Notes: generated from the letters alone by a model not told the origin. DNA of 64,000 nucleotides from an uncultured Phycisphaerales bacterium (GCA_963755915.1 CAVWLP010000003.1:192001-256000); one strand, 5' to 3'; counted from the stretch's first letter, positions 11,922-23,516 are shown. Made by a program: numbers and translations.

Positions 11922-12577
11922 TTCAGCGCTGCCAGTAGCTGCATCACGTCCACATGAACTTCCGCCGGCGTTCGGCTTGCATCGACGACGCGATATTTGC
12001 TGCGATGAAGCCGCGATTGCCGCAGGTAATTCTCCCGCACCTTCTCATGGTAATCGCGCGAGCGGAGTTCGATGCGGTCCATCTCCATTCCTGCCTCGGG
12101 GTCGTCCGGGAAGAGCGAAAACTTCGGCCGCACGCGGGCGGCGCTTACTTCCACCGGCAAATCGAGGATGATCGTCAGGTCCGGCCAGCGTTTGTCGATC
12201 GCAATCTGTCCCACCGAGAGAATCTCCGCCTCCGTCAGGCCATCCCCACCGAGCTGATAGGCCAAGGTGCTGGAGATGAACCGGTCGCTGATGACGGCCT
12301 TCCCCGCGTCCAATGCCGGCTGAACGATCTCCTTCATCATCTGGGCCCGGGCCGCCATGTACAAAAGCATCTCGCAGCGCATGGCCATGTCGGTGTTTTC
12401 GGGGTCGAGCAGAACTTTCCGGATGGATTCGCCAATCCGCGTGGTTCCCGGGTCGCGAACGATCAGCGAATCAACGCCCGCCTTCTCAAGCTCCGCCTGC
12501 AGCATCTGTGTCTGCGTGCTTTTGCCGCAACCTTCGTTCCCATCGAACACGATGAATTTTTTGCGGAGATGGTTCAT
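11918..12577 (-). CDS. tmk: Thymidylate kinase
   Basis: FIVFDGNEGCGKSTQ P-loop, SDRF..STLAYQ, PDLTIILD. Confidence 0.96.
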   Translation of the reverse strand: MNHLRKKFIVFDGNEGCGKSTQTQMLQAELEKAGVDSLIVRDPGTTRIGESIRKVLLDPENTDMAMRCEMLLYMAARAQMMKEIVQPALDAGKAVISDRFISSTLAYQLGGDGLTEAEILSVGQIAIDKRWPDLTIILDLPVEVSAARVRPKFSLFPDDPEAGMEMDRIELRSRDYHEKVRENYLRQSRLHRSKYRVVDASRTPAEVHVDVMQLLAALK

Positions 12578-12641
12578 TCAAGAGGGGCAATGCCCAACGC
12601 ACGCCAAAGGTACACAGGACGCGGCAAAACGCCAGCCATCG

Positions 12642-12974
12642 CTAGGCCCTGTTTCGTGTCCCCTGCTTCTTCTTGTGCAATTTGGCGTTCACCCCCGGCC
12701 ACTTCCCCCCATCACGCTCAAAACTCTCCGCCGCGCGCGCCAGCCCCTCCGGCGTTGAAACATGCCATTTTTTCAGCCGCAGCTTCCCCTTTTCCTTTTC
12801 CGCCCAGATCATCCGCTGCGTCTGCGTAATCCGAAAGAAACCCGGCTGGCCAAGACTTTCGAGCTGATTCATCGCCTCCGTGAGCGTCTTGCCATACCCG
12901 GTGACGTGGCAAACCGTCGTCCAGCCGCGCTTGTTGCCTCGCCATTGCTCAACGGTAAAAAAACCAAACGGCAT
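12642..12974 (-). CDS. Hypothetical basic protein
   Basis: ORF of about 110 aa (MPFGFFTVEQW...) with host-like codon usage, co-oriented between neighbouring genes. Confidence 0.6.
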   Translation of the reverse strand: MPFGFFTVEQWRGNKRGWTTVCHVTGYGKTLTEAMNQLESLGQPGFFRITQTQRMIWAEKEKGKLRLKKWHVSTPEGLARAAESFERDGGKWPGVNAKLHKKKQGTRNRA

Positions 12975-12990
12975 GAAACCCCGACCTCGC

Positions 12991-13941
12991 CTAATTATTA
13001 TCATCGCTCGCCAGATCGCTAAGCTTCCGCAGAAGCATCTCCATCGCCGAGGGCTGCTGCGGCCGGATCGTCAAATCCCACGCCACGTTCCAGTGCGTCA
13101 CCACCGGTTGGAAACCCATCGCCTCCAGCCGCTTGGTCATGTCGGGCATATGGGCCGCGCCATAGAAAATTGCGAGCTTCTTCTTCCCGCCGGCCAGCGA
13201 GTCAGACAGCACCTGAATCGCAACCTTGTTCCGTTCCGTCACCAGCACACTCCCGCCGGGCCCGTCCAATCCAAAGCTCGAGAAATCCATCTGCGTCAGT
13301 TGCTTCGCCAGAACGAGCTTAATCTGCCGCTCCATGTCCGGGTGGGTGAGGATCGAGATCATGTCGGCCGTCGAATCGTCCACAGCCGCGGTCGGATTGA
13401 TTGGCGGAGGGTCGGTGAGCGATTTCATCAACATCTTCAGAAAGATCATCTCAAACGTCTCGCCGCGCTCTTCCTGGAGCTTTTCAAACGTGTCCTTGTC
13501 CATGTCGGCGTGGACGAAGTTTGGGGCCGTGTAGTCGATGTCATCCAGCTGGAAGTCCAGATCCAGCGAATCCTTCATGAAGCATTGGATCTCGGTGATC
13601 GGGTTATCGCTGTTTTCCGCGTCGCCCGGCGAAGGGGGCGGCGTATCCTGCGATTTGATCAATTCATACAAAACCGCGTCATACCCCTGAAAGTCGCGGT
13701 TCAACCCGTCGTAATACGACTTCTCCCCGATATGAATCGCCCCGACGAGATGCACCGTAGCCCCGGCCGCGTTCTGAAACTCGACATCAGCCGTCTGGAG
13801 CGAGCCACCCCCCTGCCCATCGTCCACAAACCGCATGAACGCCTGTGGAACCACCGGCTGCGTCGCAGGAACGTCGCAAAACGCAACCGAGGCCAGGACA
13901 AGAATCACCAGGGGAACGAATCGAACGGTTCGGCGTAACAT
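12991..13941 (-). CDS. Secreted conserved hypothetical protein (TraB/GumN-like motifs)
   Basis: Signal peptide; VHLVGAIHIG, YDAVLYE, ERN, YGAAHM motifs resemble TraB/GumN metal sites. Confidence 0.65.
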   Translation of the reverse strand: MLRRTVRFVPLVILVLASVAFCDVPATQPVVPQAFMRFVDDGQGGGSLQTADVEFQNAAGATVHLVGAIHIGEKSYYDGLNRDFQGYDAVLYELIKSQDTPPPSPGDAENSDNPITEIQCFMKDSLDLDFQLDDIDYTAPNFVHADMDKDTFEKLQEERGETFEMIFLKMLMKSLTDPPPINPTAAVDDSTADMISILTHPDMERQIKLVLAKQLTQMDFSSFGLDGPGGSVLVTERNKVAIQVLSDSLAGGKKKLAIFYGAAHMPDMTKRLEAMGFQPVVTHWNVAWDLTIRPQQPSAMEMLLRKLSDLASDDNN

Positions 13942-14123
13942 AATTCGATGCTCCTTGGTCAGGTACCAAAGTATACCCACGCCCCCCACCCAAAGCCCAT
14001 TACAAGTTGGGCGTAATAAATCAACTCACCGATCCGGTCATTTCATTCGGCATTTGGCAATCGGCAATCGGCATTTGCACCCTTCCTTGACCCCCTTTCG
14101 GGATGCTTTTACAGTCACTTGAT

Positions 14124-15296
14124 ATGCAGAATGATGAAATTCACCAGTTGAAGCAGCGCTTCACCCAACTTTTTGGCGAAGGGGGCAAAATACGCGTCGT
14201 ACGCGCCCCCGGCAGGGTGAATCTCATTGGCGAGCATACCGATTATAACGACGGTTTCGTCTTTCCCATGGCCATCGAGCCGGAGATCAGGGTTGTCTTC
14301 CGAGGCCGATCGGATGAGACCATCAAAATCGCCTCCAGCGTTTATTCCAACGAATTTGTCGAATTCTCCCTCCAGAAAAAGATCGAACGCGCCAAGCCCC
14401 CCTGGGGCAACTATGCCCGCGGCGTCGCCGCCGAGCTCATCGGGGCGGGAATCCCCCTCGCGGGGATGGACGCCCTGATTTCCAATTCCCTCCCCGTCGG
14501 CGGCGGGCTTTCCAGCAGCGCCGCCATCGAAGTCGGCGTTGCCAGGGCCCTGCTTCTTCTCGCCGGCCTGGAGATGGACAACAATCGCCTGGCCCTGATC
14601 TGCCAGAAGGCCGAGCACGAATATCCCCAGGTTCCCTGCGGGATCATGGACCAGATGATCGTCGCGTCGGCCCGCGTCGGTCATGCCATGATGCTCGATT
14701 GCCGGGATATCACGAAGCAGTTTGTCCCCATCGACGCCAAGGATTTGCGCGTCCTGATCGCCAACAGCATGGTGAAGCACGTGCTGGGCGACGGCGAATA
14801 TGCCCGCCGGCGAAAGCAGTGCGAGGAAGGCGTCGCCATCCTCAAGCGCAACCAACCCAACATCAAAGCCTTGCGGGATGTCACCCCCGCCCAGGTTGAA
14901 GCCGCCAAGGGGAGCATGAGCGAGGTCGTCTATCGCCGCTGCCGGCACGTGGTCACCGAAAATTTGCGCACAATCGAAATGGCTCAGAAGCTGCTCCTCC
15001 AGCACTACGACAGCGCCGGGGAACTGATGGTCAAGAGCCACAGATCCTTGCGCGATGATTACGAGGTAAGCTGCCCCGAGCTCGATTTCCTGGTCGATGA
15101 GGCGATGACCGTCAAAGGCGTTTACGGCGCGAGAATGACCGGCGGAGGCTTCGGCGGGTGTATTGTCGCCCTCTGCCAGCCCCGCTCCGTCCAAGCCGTC
15201 ACCGAGCATCTCCACAAGACTTACACCGCCAAATTCGACCGCCAGCCCAATGTTTTCGTCACCACGGCCACCGCCGGCGCATCCGTCATCGAATAG
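14124..15296 (+). CDS. galK: Galactokinase
   Basis: APGRVNLIGEHTDYNDGFV, PVGGGLSSSAA, CGIMDQ, GARMTGGGFGGC. Confidence 0.97.
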   Translation: MQNDEIHQLKQRFTQLFGEGGKIRVVRAPGRVNLIGEHTDYNDGFVFPMAIEPEIRVVFRGRSDETIKIASSVYSNEFVEFSLQKKIERAKPPWGNYARGVAAELIGAGIPLAGMDALISNSLPVGGGLSSSAAIEVGVARALLLLAGLEMDNNRLALICQKAEHEYPQVPCGIMDQMIVASARVGHAMMLDCRDITKQFVPIDAKDLRVLIANSMVKHVLGDGEYARRRKQCEEGVAILKRNQPNIKALRDVTPAQVEAAKGSMSEVVYRRCRHVVTENLRTIEMAQKLLLQHYDSAGELMVKSHRSLRDDYEVSCPELDFLVDEAMTVKGVYGARMTGGGFGGCIVALCQPRSVQAVTEHLHKTYTAKFDRQPNVFVTTATAGASVIE

Positions 15297-15309
15297 CGGC
15301 CATCAACCC

Positions 15310-16330
15310 ATGTCCGCTTTTCGCGACATCCTCCTGAAACTCTGCCGTCGCGAAGACCTCAACCGCGACGAGGCCGTTGAGGCTTTCCAGCACATCATGT
15401 CGGGTCAAGCCGCCGAGGCGGAAATCGGCGGGTTGCTGGTCGGGCTGGCCTCCAAGGGCACGACCGTCGATGAACTCGTCGGCGCGGCCACGGTGCTTCG
15501 CGCCAATCTCATCCCCATCGATACCACCGGCATCGACATCGTCCTGGACACCTGCGGCACCGGCGGTGACATCCGCCACACCTTCAACATCTCCACCGCC
15601 GCCGCCCTTATCGCCGCCGGCGCGGGTGTTAAGGTCGTGAAGCATGGCAATCGCTCCGCCTCCGGCCGCTGCGGCGCCGCCGACGTGCTGGAAAAAATGG
15701 GGCTCAACCTCGAAACTTCCCCCGAAGACCTCCGCCGATGCCTCGATCGCGCCAATATCTGTTTCGCCTTCGCCCGCGCCCATCATCCCGTGCTGAAGCA
15801 TGTCGGCCAGGCACGCAAAAGCCTCGGCATCCCGACAATTTTCAACCTCCTCGGCATCTCAACAATCCCGGCCGAGCCACACACCAGCTCCTCGGCGTCT
15901 TCGCGCCGGAGCTGACCGATCGCCTCACCGCCGTCCTGCGCGAACTCGGCAGCGTCCGCGCCTGGGTCGTTCATTCCGAAGACGGCCTCGATGAAATCTC
16001 CACCATCGCTCCGACGCGGATCAGCGCACTGATGCCGGGAAAGCATATCCATTCCTGGACACTCGACCCGAAGGACTTTGACATCCCCTACGCCCGTCTT
16101 CCCGATCTCCAGGTCTCCACCATGGACGAAGCTGAGAACGCCCTAAAATCCGTCCTCCAAAACCAGCCCGGCCCCAAGCGCGACATCGCCCTTCTCAATG
16201 CCGCCGCCGCACTTGTGGTGGCCGAACGCGCCGCCGACATCAAAGAAGGCCTCGAAATCGCCCAAAAATCGCTGGAAACAGGCAGCGCCAAAACGCCCTG
16301 CAAGTCCTTATCTATCAATCCAAAGCCTAA
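15310..16330 (+). CDS. trpD: Anthranilate phosphoribosyltransferase; frameshifts near 15860 and 16295
   Basis: DTCGTGGD, FNIST, KHGNRS, TIFNLLG, then NP/QLLGVF and DGLDEIS in the next frame. Confidence 0.92.
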
Positions 16331-16378
16331 ATCCCCCTTTTTGTGCCAACCCGTCAGAATTGGCGTACAATACTCCAT

Positions 16379-17916
16379 ATGAACCGCGCGATTTTACTGG
16401 CCCTGGTCGGTGCAATCGCTCTCTTGGGATCATCCCTGACCGCCAGAGCCGACTCGCCCACCACCGCCCCCTCCCCCTCCCAAAAAACCGTCGTCATCAC
16501 CCTTTCCGGCGAAGTCAACGACTACGGCCGCGATGAACTCATGCGAAAGTTCGACCAGGCCCGAAAACTCGGCGCCACCGTCGTCATCCTCAACATCGAC
16601 ACCTACGGCGGCCTGCTTACCAGCGGCCTGGATATCTCGCGATTCATCAAGCGCCAGGACGACCTCCACGTCGTCGCCTACGTGCAGGACAAAGCCATTT
16701 CCGCCGGTGCGATGATCGCCATGGCTTGCGACGAAATCGTCATGAGCGATTCCGCCTCGCTGGGCGATTGCGCCCGATCATTTTCGGACCGGAAGGCCTG
16801 GAGAACATGGCTCCCGCCGAGCGCGCCAAAGCCGTTGGCCCTGTACTCACTGATTTCAACGAAAGCGCCGTCCGCAATCATCACGACCCCCTTCTTGCCG
16901 CGGCCATGGTCGATGTCGCCCACGCCGTCTACTGGATCCAAAACGACAAGGGCGAGCGAAAGTTTGTCGATCAGAAGGATTACGATACGCTGATCGCGAC
17001 GAAAAAATGGACCGACGTTCCCGGCGCTCAGGTTCCCATCGTCGCCGCCGACGCGCTGCTCACCGTCGATAGCGATCAGGCCGTTCATTACGGCCTGGCA
17101 ACCGCGAAATTCACTTCCATCGACGCCCTCGCCCAGGCCCGCAATTACAACGTCGTCGCCGACCTCACCCCCGGCTTCGGCGAAGAAGCCGTCGAATTCC
17201 TCGGCGGAGCCGTGATGCGCGGAATCCTCATCATCGTTTTCCTCCAGTGCCTGTATATTGTCATTCACGCTCCGGGTCACGGCGTAGCCGAGGTCCTGGG
17301 CCTCATCGCCCTGGTCCTCATGCTCGGCGTGCCGCTGCTCACTGGCTACGCCCAGTGGTGGGAAATCCTCGTCATCTTCCTCGGCCTGGTCCTGGTCTCC
17401 CTCGAAATCATCCTCCCCGGCCACATTTTTCCCGGCGTCACCGGGGCGATCCTCGTCCTCTTTGGCCTGGTCATGACCTTCGTCCCCGCCGGGTTCAATG
17501 GGCCCACCTTCCTCCCCTCGCGCGATGTCCTGCCCCTGGTTGAAAAAGGCCTGGTTGTGGTCGCCAGCTCGATGGCGATCTCCGTCCTCCTCTGGTTCTG
17601 GCTCGGCAATTATCTGCCCAAAGTGCCGATCCTCAATCGCCTCATCCTCACCGCCACTTCCGGAAACGCCCCGATGACCGCCGCGTCCGGCAACGGCGCC
17701 AGAGCGGCCGGAATCGACCGCTGGCCTCCCCCCGGCGCCGTCGGCAAAGCCCTCTGCGAACTCCGCCCCGGCGGCCGCGCCGAATTCTTCGACCCCGCCA
17801 CCGCGGACAAACGCATCGCCTTCGTCGTCAGCGAATCCGGCTACGTCGAAGCCGGCAGCGAAATCGTCGTCCGCGAAGTCTCCGGCCCCAGCGTCGTCGT
17901 CCGTAAACGCGAATAG
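16379..17916 (+). CDS. nfeD: NfeD/YqeZ-like membrane serine protease (ClpP-like, TM and OB domains); frameshift near 16775
   Basis: Signal peptide, IDTYGG, AISAGAMIAMAC, TM block with LEIILPG, C-terminal LRPGG OB fold; upstream of floA. Confidence 0.85.
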
Positions 17917-17981
17917 CCGGTGGATTGCTTCCAACCGCCCCCACCCTTACTCTCAACGCCGGTTAGATTCCGTCCAATCGC

Positions 17982-19203
17982 ATGGCCCTCGAACTTTCCC
18001 TGTTCGCCCTCTACCTCTTGGCCGGTCCGATTTTCTGGATTCTTTTTGCCATCGGCTCTGCTTCCAGCCGCCGGCGGATGATGCTCGTCTCCAAAACGGT
18101 CGCCCCGCTCCCGGACCCCCCACCCGCGGCAACGATCATCGTTCCCGCAAAGGACGAGGAAGGTCGCATCGCCCAATGCCTCGCTTCCGCTCTCGCGCAG
18201 GACTATCCCGATTTCCGCCTTCTCGCCGTCGACGATCGCAGCAAAGACGGCACCGGCAAAATCATGGACGAACTCGCCGCCGGCGACCCGCGCATGAGCG
18301 TCCTGCACATCGCCGATCTCCCCCCGGGCTGGACCGGAAAAAATCACGCCCTGCACAGTGCCGTGCAACAGGTCAAAACACCCTGGCTTCTTTTCATTGA
18401 TTCCGACGTCATCCTCCAGCCAGTTGCCCTCTCGCGGACTTTGCGATCCGCCGTCGGAAGACGCTACGACATGCTCAGCCTCATCCTCAAAAGCGAAACC
18501 CTCGGTTTCTGGGAAGACGTGCTGGTCCCCCTCGCCTCCACTGCCTTCGGCTCGGTTTACATGATGGGCCTGAGCAACTCCGAATCCAACAACTATTTCT
18601 TCGGCAACGGCCAGTTCATGCTCTTCCGCCGCGATATCTACGACCGCATCGGCGGCCACGAAGCCGTCAAGTCGCAATACAACGAAGACATGGCCCTGGC
18701 CCGCATCATGAAACTCTCCGGCCTGCGCCGCGCATCTTCTGGGGCACCCACCTCGGCTCCGTGCGTATGTACGACTCCCTCGCCACCATCATGCGCGGCT
18801 GGAGCCGGATCTTCTTCGGCTCCAGCAGCGGATCGCCCTGGCGAATCCTGGCACTCATCGCCTTCATCATCTTCAGCTGCTTCTCCTCGGGCGCTCCGGC
18901 GCCTGGGGCCTCTACCGCATCTTCCATCCTACGCCATTTCCCAGCGCAATCGGCTGGCTATCCGCCGCCGCCGTCCACTTCGCCCTTATGTTCACCCTCA
19001 TCGCCATCACCTACCGCTGGATGGGCAACCGCGCCCTTTATGCGGCGACCTTCTTCATCTCCATCTGGTTTCTCCTGGCCGTCCTCGTCCGCGCCATGTG
19101 GATGTGCCTCACTCGCCGCGTCGATTGGCGCAGAACGAGCTATTCGCATGCGATCGACGCCTCTGTCCCCCTCTCCCGGTACCCCGGGAGAGGGCCGGGG
19201 TGA
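17982..19203 (+). CDS. Family 2 glycosyltransferase (hopanoid/carotenoid-modifying type), membrane-bound; several frameshifts after 18730
   Basis: IVPAKDEE, VDDRSKDGT, GWTGKNHAL, FIDSD, NGQFMLFRR..Y..IGGH, ED..LA, RMY......GW.R. Confidence 0.8.
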
Positions 19204-19206
19204 GGG
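19167..19206. repeat. REP-like palindrome family A (CCCTC.CCC..CCCTCYCCC..GTAC..GG(G/A)GAGGG)
   Basis: Related copies at 24874-24915, 30252-30352 (interrupted), 43397-43435 and 48230-48269. Confidence 0.8.
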
Positions 19207-19369
19207 CCAGATAAAATCTGACGACCGAAAGGCTCGAAGTCTTCGCCGCGCATTTCATTTGGCAATCGGACTTCGGTGAGCTTAGTCGAACCGCATTCGG
19301 CATTCCCCCAAACTCGCAACCAACCTCCGAAACCCCTAAAATATCGTTCCCTCAACAAGGAACCCTCAC

Positions 19370-20419
19370 ATGCTCACATTTCTAGCTGACGACAACTCTT
19401 CTTCCGGGCCTCAGATGCTCTGGATCATCGTGGCCATCGTCGTCATCATCGTCTGCCTGGTCTTCCTGGCGCTGATTGCGAATTTTCTGGGCCTCTATAT
19501 TCGCGCCCGCGTCAGCGGCGCTCGCGTCGGCTGGCTGGAGCTGATGGGGATGCGGCTGCGGAAAGTGAACGCCCTGGTCATCGTCAACAGCCGAATCCAG
19601 GCCGCCCGCGCCGGGCTGCCCATCAGCCAGCCGGAAATGGAAAGCCATATGCTCGCCGGCGGCGACGTGCAGCGCGTCATCCGCGCCATGATCGCCGCCA
19701 ACAAGGCGGCCATCGATCTTCCCTGGCAGACCGCCACGGCGATCGACCTTGCCGGCCGCGATATCCTTGAAGCCGTGCAGACGAGCGTGAATCCCAAGGT
19801 CATCGACGTTCCCAATCCGCAGTTCGGCCAGCCGACGATCGACGGCGTCTCCAAGGATGGAATTCAGCTTAAGGTGAAAGCCCGCGTCACCGTCCGCACC
19901 AACATCCGTTCTCTCGTCGGCGGAGCGACCGAGGAAACGGTTGTCGCCCGCGTGGGGGAGGGAATCGTCAACGCCATCGGCTCTGCCGCGGATTACAAGC
20001 ATGTGCTGGAGAATCCGGACAACATCTCCAAGGCCGTGCTCGGCAAAGGCCTCGACGCCAACACGGCGTTTGAAATCCTCTCGATCGACATTGCCGAGAT
20101 CACCGTCGGCGAAAACATCGGCGCGAAGCTGGCGGCCGATCGGGCCGAGTCGGACAAACGCCGCTTCCAGGCCGAGGCCGAGCAGCGGCGCGCGATGGCC
20201 GTCGCGCAGGAGCAGGAGAACGTCGCCAACCAGGCGGCCAACCGCGCCATCGTCGTCCTGGCGGAAGCGGAAATCCCCAAGGCGATGGCCGACGCCCTGC
20301 GCAGCGGGCATATCGGCGTGATGGACTATTACAAGCTGAAGAACATTCAATCGGATACGTCGATGCGCGAAGCGATCGCTAAGCCCGGCGATCAGCAGGC
20401 GAAGCCACAGGGCTCTTGA
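19370..20419 (+). CDS. floA: Flotillin-like protein FloA (YqfA/SigW regulon family)
   Basis: [65 protein letters not shown]. Confidence 0.95.
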   Translation: MLTFLADDNSSSGPQMLWIIVAIVVIIVCLVFLALIANFLGLYIRARVSGARVGWLELMGMRLRKVNALVIVNSRIQAARAGLPISQPEMESHMLAGGDVQRVIRAMIAANKAAIDLPWQTATAIDLAGRDILEAVQTSVNPKVIDVPNPQFGQPTIDGVSKDGIQLKVKARVTVRTNIRSLVGGATEETVVARVGEGIVNAIGSAADYKHVLENPDNISKAVLGKGLDANTAFEILSIDIAEITVGENIGAKLAADRAESDKRRFQAEAEQRRAMAVAQEQENVANQAANRAIVVLAEAEIPKAMADALRSGHIGVMDYYKLKNIQSDTSMREAIAKPGDQQAKPQGS

Positions 20420-20420
20420 T

Positions 20421-20889
20421 ATGGACCTGATCGAACTGATTGTCCGCGCACTGATCGCCCTGTTCTCTGGGGGGGACCAACAGAGTCAGACGCCTACTCC
20501 GCCCGCCGCCCAGAACTCCTCCGCAAGCTCGCCGGCCCGGCGGAGGTCCGATGAATCGCCAAACTCAATATCCCCAGCGTCCGCCGGCCACGGGTCGTGG
20601 ACCCCAGCGCGGCGCTCCATCGCGCGGCGTGCCACAGCACGGCGCACCAACGCGTGGCGGACCACCGCGCGGCATGCCTCCGATTCCGCTACCTGCCGCC
20701 CCACCGCTGCCGGCAAGATCCGTGGCACAAAAACCGCAGGCCGCCGCGACTGTCGCCGCAGCTCCCCCACCTGCGATCACCGCAGCCGCCATCCGGCAGC
20801 TTCTTCTCTCGCGCCGGTCGGCGCTGCGGACGGTTTATGTGCTTTCTGAAGTTGTTGGTCCGCCGCTGGCTTTGCGGGAATCGGATTGA
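20421..20889 (+). CDS. YqfB-like Pro/Arg-rich protein; probable frameshift in the G-run near 20470
   Basis: N-terminal hydrophobic segment and C-terminal LSEVVGPPLALR motif, typical of genes following floA. Confidence 0.6.
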
Positions 20890-20926
20890 AGATTTTTTAA
20901 CCGCGAAGGTCGCGAAGAGCGCGAAG
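20890..20926. repeat. Family C arm AGATTTTTAACCGCSAAG..CGCGAAGAGCGCGAAG
   Basis: Inverted copy at about 22783-22821; a further inverted pair at 27104-27133 and 27298-27390. Confidence 0.8.
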
Positions 20927-21156
20927 GGGATTTTTTTTGGGTGCCGCGGACATCGGTACAAAAGGTAACAGTCCGCAACAAGCTGGGTAATTTGGGTAGG
21001 CCAGATAAGACAAAATCGCGATTTTTGCCATATTATGCCATCGTATGAAGGCTTATGTGGTCGCAATTCCGGCCGCCCCATCGCTGAACCCTAATCCCGC
21101 CAGTTCTGAGCAATGGAGCTTGTGAGCTTACGTCCAGGTTCCACCGCTCATAATAT

Positions 21157-21762
21157 TCAAGTGGCTTTGGCAGGACCGCACACGAGGGCAACAATGTGCT
21201 CTAGATGCTTGGGGAAGTTAGCAACCCAATCGTCGATTTCTCTTTGCAGCTTGGCCACCGTCTTTGTATCACCAAACGCCGTGGCTATCGCGATGCAACT
21301 AAGCAACGCAAAGATTCGCACCGTTGCGGTGAGCGCGGCAACATCCGCCACTGTCACCTTACTTACCACAAGATGTTCGATCATACGACGGGCCAAATGA
21401 AATTCACGCGCTTCGGGTGCCACCTTAAAAAACTCTTGCACAATGTCGCAGATTTTCGGGAGCTCCGTTCCACCAACCTGCGCCCAAAATAGATCGCAAA
21501 AGTTCTGTGATTCGGAGACTGGAAGATAATTGTGGTCGCCGGCGAATCCGGAAACGCTACCGAGTTGAAACGCCTTCAGCAGCAATTCGACGTCGCTCGG
21601 TAGTTCGGGAGCCAGTTCCATTTGCGCATCGCGAAGGATCACGCAAAAGTCGACGAACCATCCCCTTCGAGCATTTTCAAAGCCCACGGCGATGCACTGG
21701 GAAATGTCACCCCACTCCTCGCGCTTGGGGTAACGCTTGAATAAGTTGTGCAGAAATCCCAC
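21157..21762 (-). CDS. Hypothetical protein (201 aa), accessory
   Basis: Open ORF with AAGGA RBS; lower GC than flanking core genes. Confidence 0.6.
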   Translation of the reverse strand: MGFLHNLFKRYPKREEWGDISQCIAVGFENARRGWFVDFCVILRDAQMELAPELPSDVELLLKAFQLGSVSGFAGDHNYLPVSESQNFCDLFWAQVGGTELPKICDIVQEFFKVAPEAREFHLARRMIEHLVVSKVTVADVAALTATVRIFALLSCIAIATAFGDTKTVAKLQREIDDWVANFPKHLEHIVALVCGPAKAT

Positions 21763-21771
21763 GACGTGTCC

Positions 21772-22032
21772 TTATTTTGGCGGCAGACCAAGGTTCTTTC
21801 GTGCAAGTGCCTCCAAACGCGCGTCAAAGGGTTTCCTAAATGCGTCGTCAGCGGCAATCGCCGAATTCAGATTTTCGTTTGCCAAGTCCACCGCAGCCCT
21901 CGACTCCGCGCTTTCTTCTGCCGTGTTGCGAAGGTACGCCCGCGTCACGGTATCTTTGGCCGCTTCGACCTTGGCGTTCGATTCGTCGAGCGCTTTTAGT
22001 TCGGCCGGTGTAAGAATATCTGAAAGTTCCAT
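21772..22032 (-). CDS. Hypothetical helical protein (86 aa)
   Basis: ORF tightly packed and co-oriented with neighbours. Confidence 0.55.
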   Translation of the reverse strand: MELSDILTPAELKALDESNAKVEAAKDTVTRAYLRNTAEESAESRAAVDLANENLNSAIAADDAFRKPFDARLEALARKNLGLPPK

Positions 22033-22050
22033 ATTTCTTCGTCCATGAGC

Positions 22051-22383
22051 TCAGGCCGCGTCGTCGATCTTCAGCTCGCTCGTGCTAAATCGCACGATCA
22101 AGAATTTGGCCGGGCGGGAAAATTCCCACCGCTTCTCTACCGCGAAAACGGCAATCTGCTCGAAGTCGCCGGACACGAGTTGCCGAAATCGATCTGTATC
22201 GAGAGGGCGCATCTCCTCTATCGAGAAAGGTTCGCTAACACGTAACTTGTAAACTGCGCCCGTCGCTTCGGAACGGAGGAAAATCTCGTAAGTATCGCCC
22301 CTGCGCCCCGTGGCGACCGTCTGGAAATTTTGAACCTTGGGCGAGAGGATTCTCGTTGGTGGTAATGGTCGTCTGTCGCTCAT
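22051..22383 (-). CDS. Hypothetical protein (110 aa)
   Basis: GGAGG RBS upstream of ATG; first gene of a three-gene unit. Confidence 0.6.
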   Translation of the reverse strand: MSDRRPLPPTRILSPKVQNFQTVATGRRGDTYEIFLRSEATGAVYKLRVSEPFSIEEMRPLDTDRFRQLVSGDFEQIAVFAVEKRWEFSRPAKFLIVRFSTSELKIDDAA

Positions 22384-22498
22384 GGTCCATCCTCCGTTGC
22401 TAATTGCCGGGAGTATGTGGGGAATCCCCTTCGGTCTATCGCCGCTGTGGGATATTCCCTTTAATCCCCAATCGTAATTTTATTTGTTATCACCAATG

Positions 22499-22613
22499 GA
22501 TATAGGACGCGAAGAAATAAGGGACCACAGATTACGCGGATGGACGCGGATAAAGCCAAATAAATCGTTTCTGAATTCTTATCCGCGAAATCCGTGAAAT
22601 CCGCGGTTCAATC
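22499..22613. repeat. Family B long imperfect palindrome (ACCACRGATTACGCGGAT...ATCCGCGAAATCCGTGAAATCCGCGGTT)
   Basis: Near-identical direct copy at 24682-24820 and a related copy at 27149-27286. Confidence 0.85.
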
Positions 22614-22846
22614 GTATTTCATGGCGACCTCAATTGAAGGCAGAATGTCGGTAGCGCACAAATCGGACCCCCTCCCTAACCCGCGCTGCGCGAGAGAGTA
22701 GAGCAGTTGAGAGTAGAACAGTAGAAAAATACAAATCTCAGGCGATAGTGGGGGTGGGGAAATGAGGGGCGCGCGGCAGGTCTCTTCTTCGCGCTCTTCG
22801 CGTCTTGGCGGTTAAAAATCTGCTTTCCGATCCGGCGAATTGGGGT

Positions 22847-23516
22847 TCACTTCTCGGTTCTGCCTCTGGCTAGGGCGCACTGTCCATGCCTTGTCAACTT
22901 CCACAACGGCACTGCGAGTGCCGCCCCCAGAATTGGCGCGGTGAGATAAACCCACAGTCCGGCGAGATGCCCCGACACGACGGCGGGCGCGAGAACGGGC
23001 GGGATTCATGGACGCGCCACAAATCGGACCGGCGAACATTGCTTCCAGGCCGATGATCCCGCCCACGGCGATTCCTGCCATCACGCCGGTTTCCTTCGGG
23101 CCGGTGGACACATTCAGGATGACGAGCATAAGCAGGCCGGTCAGGACGGCCTCCAGCGCGAACGATTGCCACGGCGAGCCTGCGGGAATGGTCGCGCCCA
23201 ACGCGGCGCGGTTGCCGAACATGGCGAGCAATGCGCCGCTCGCGACAAACGCCCCAAATAGCTGGGAGACGATGTACGGCACGACGTGCCGGGTGGGAAG
23301 ACGACGCGACAGCCAAAAGCCAATGGTCACCGCCGGGTTTAAGTGGGCGCCCGATACATCGCCAAACGTGTAGATCATCGCCATCACAATCAGGCCGAAG
23401 GTCATGGCGACCCCGACATGCGTAACGGCATGGGTCAGATCGTCAATCACAATCGCGCCGGTGCCCGCGAACACCAAGGCAAACGTCCCTATGGCCTCCG
23501 CAACGTAGCGTCTCAT
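22847..23516 (-). CDS. MIP-family aquaporin/aquaglyceroporin (arsenite-channel candidate); 2-nt frameshift near 22995
   Basis: SGAHLNPAVT and GASMNPARS NPA boxes. The corrected C-terminus reads APAVVSGHLAGLWVYLTAPILGA...RTEK*. Confidence 0.9.
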
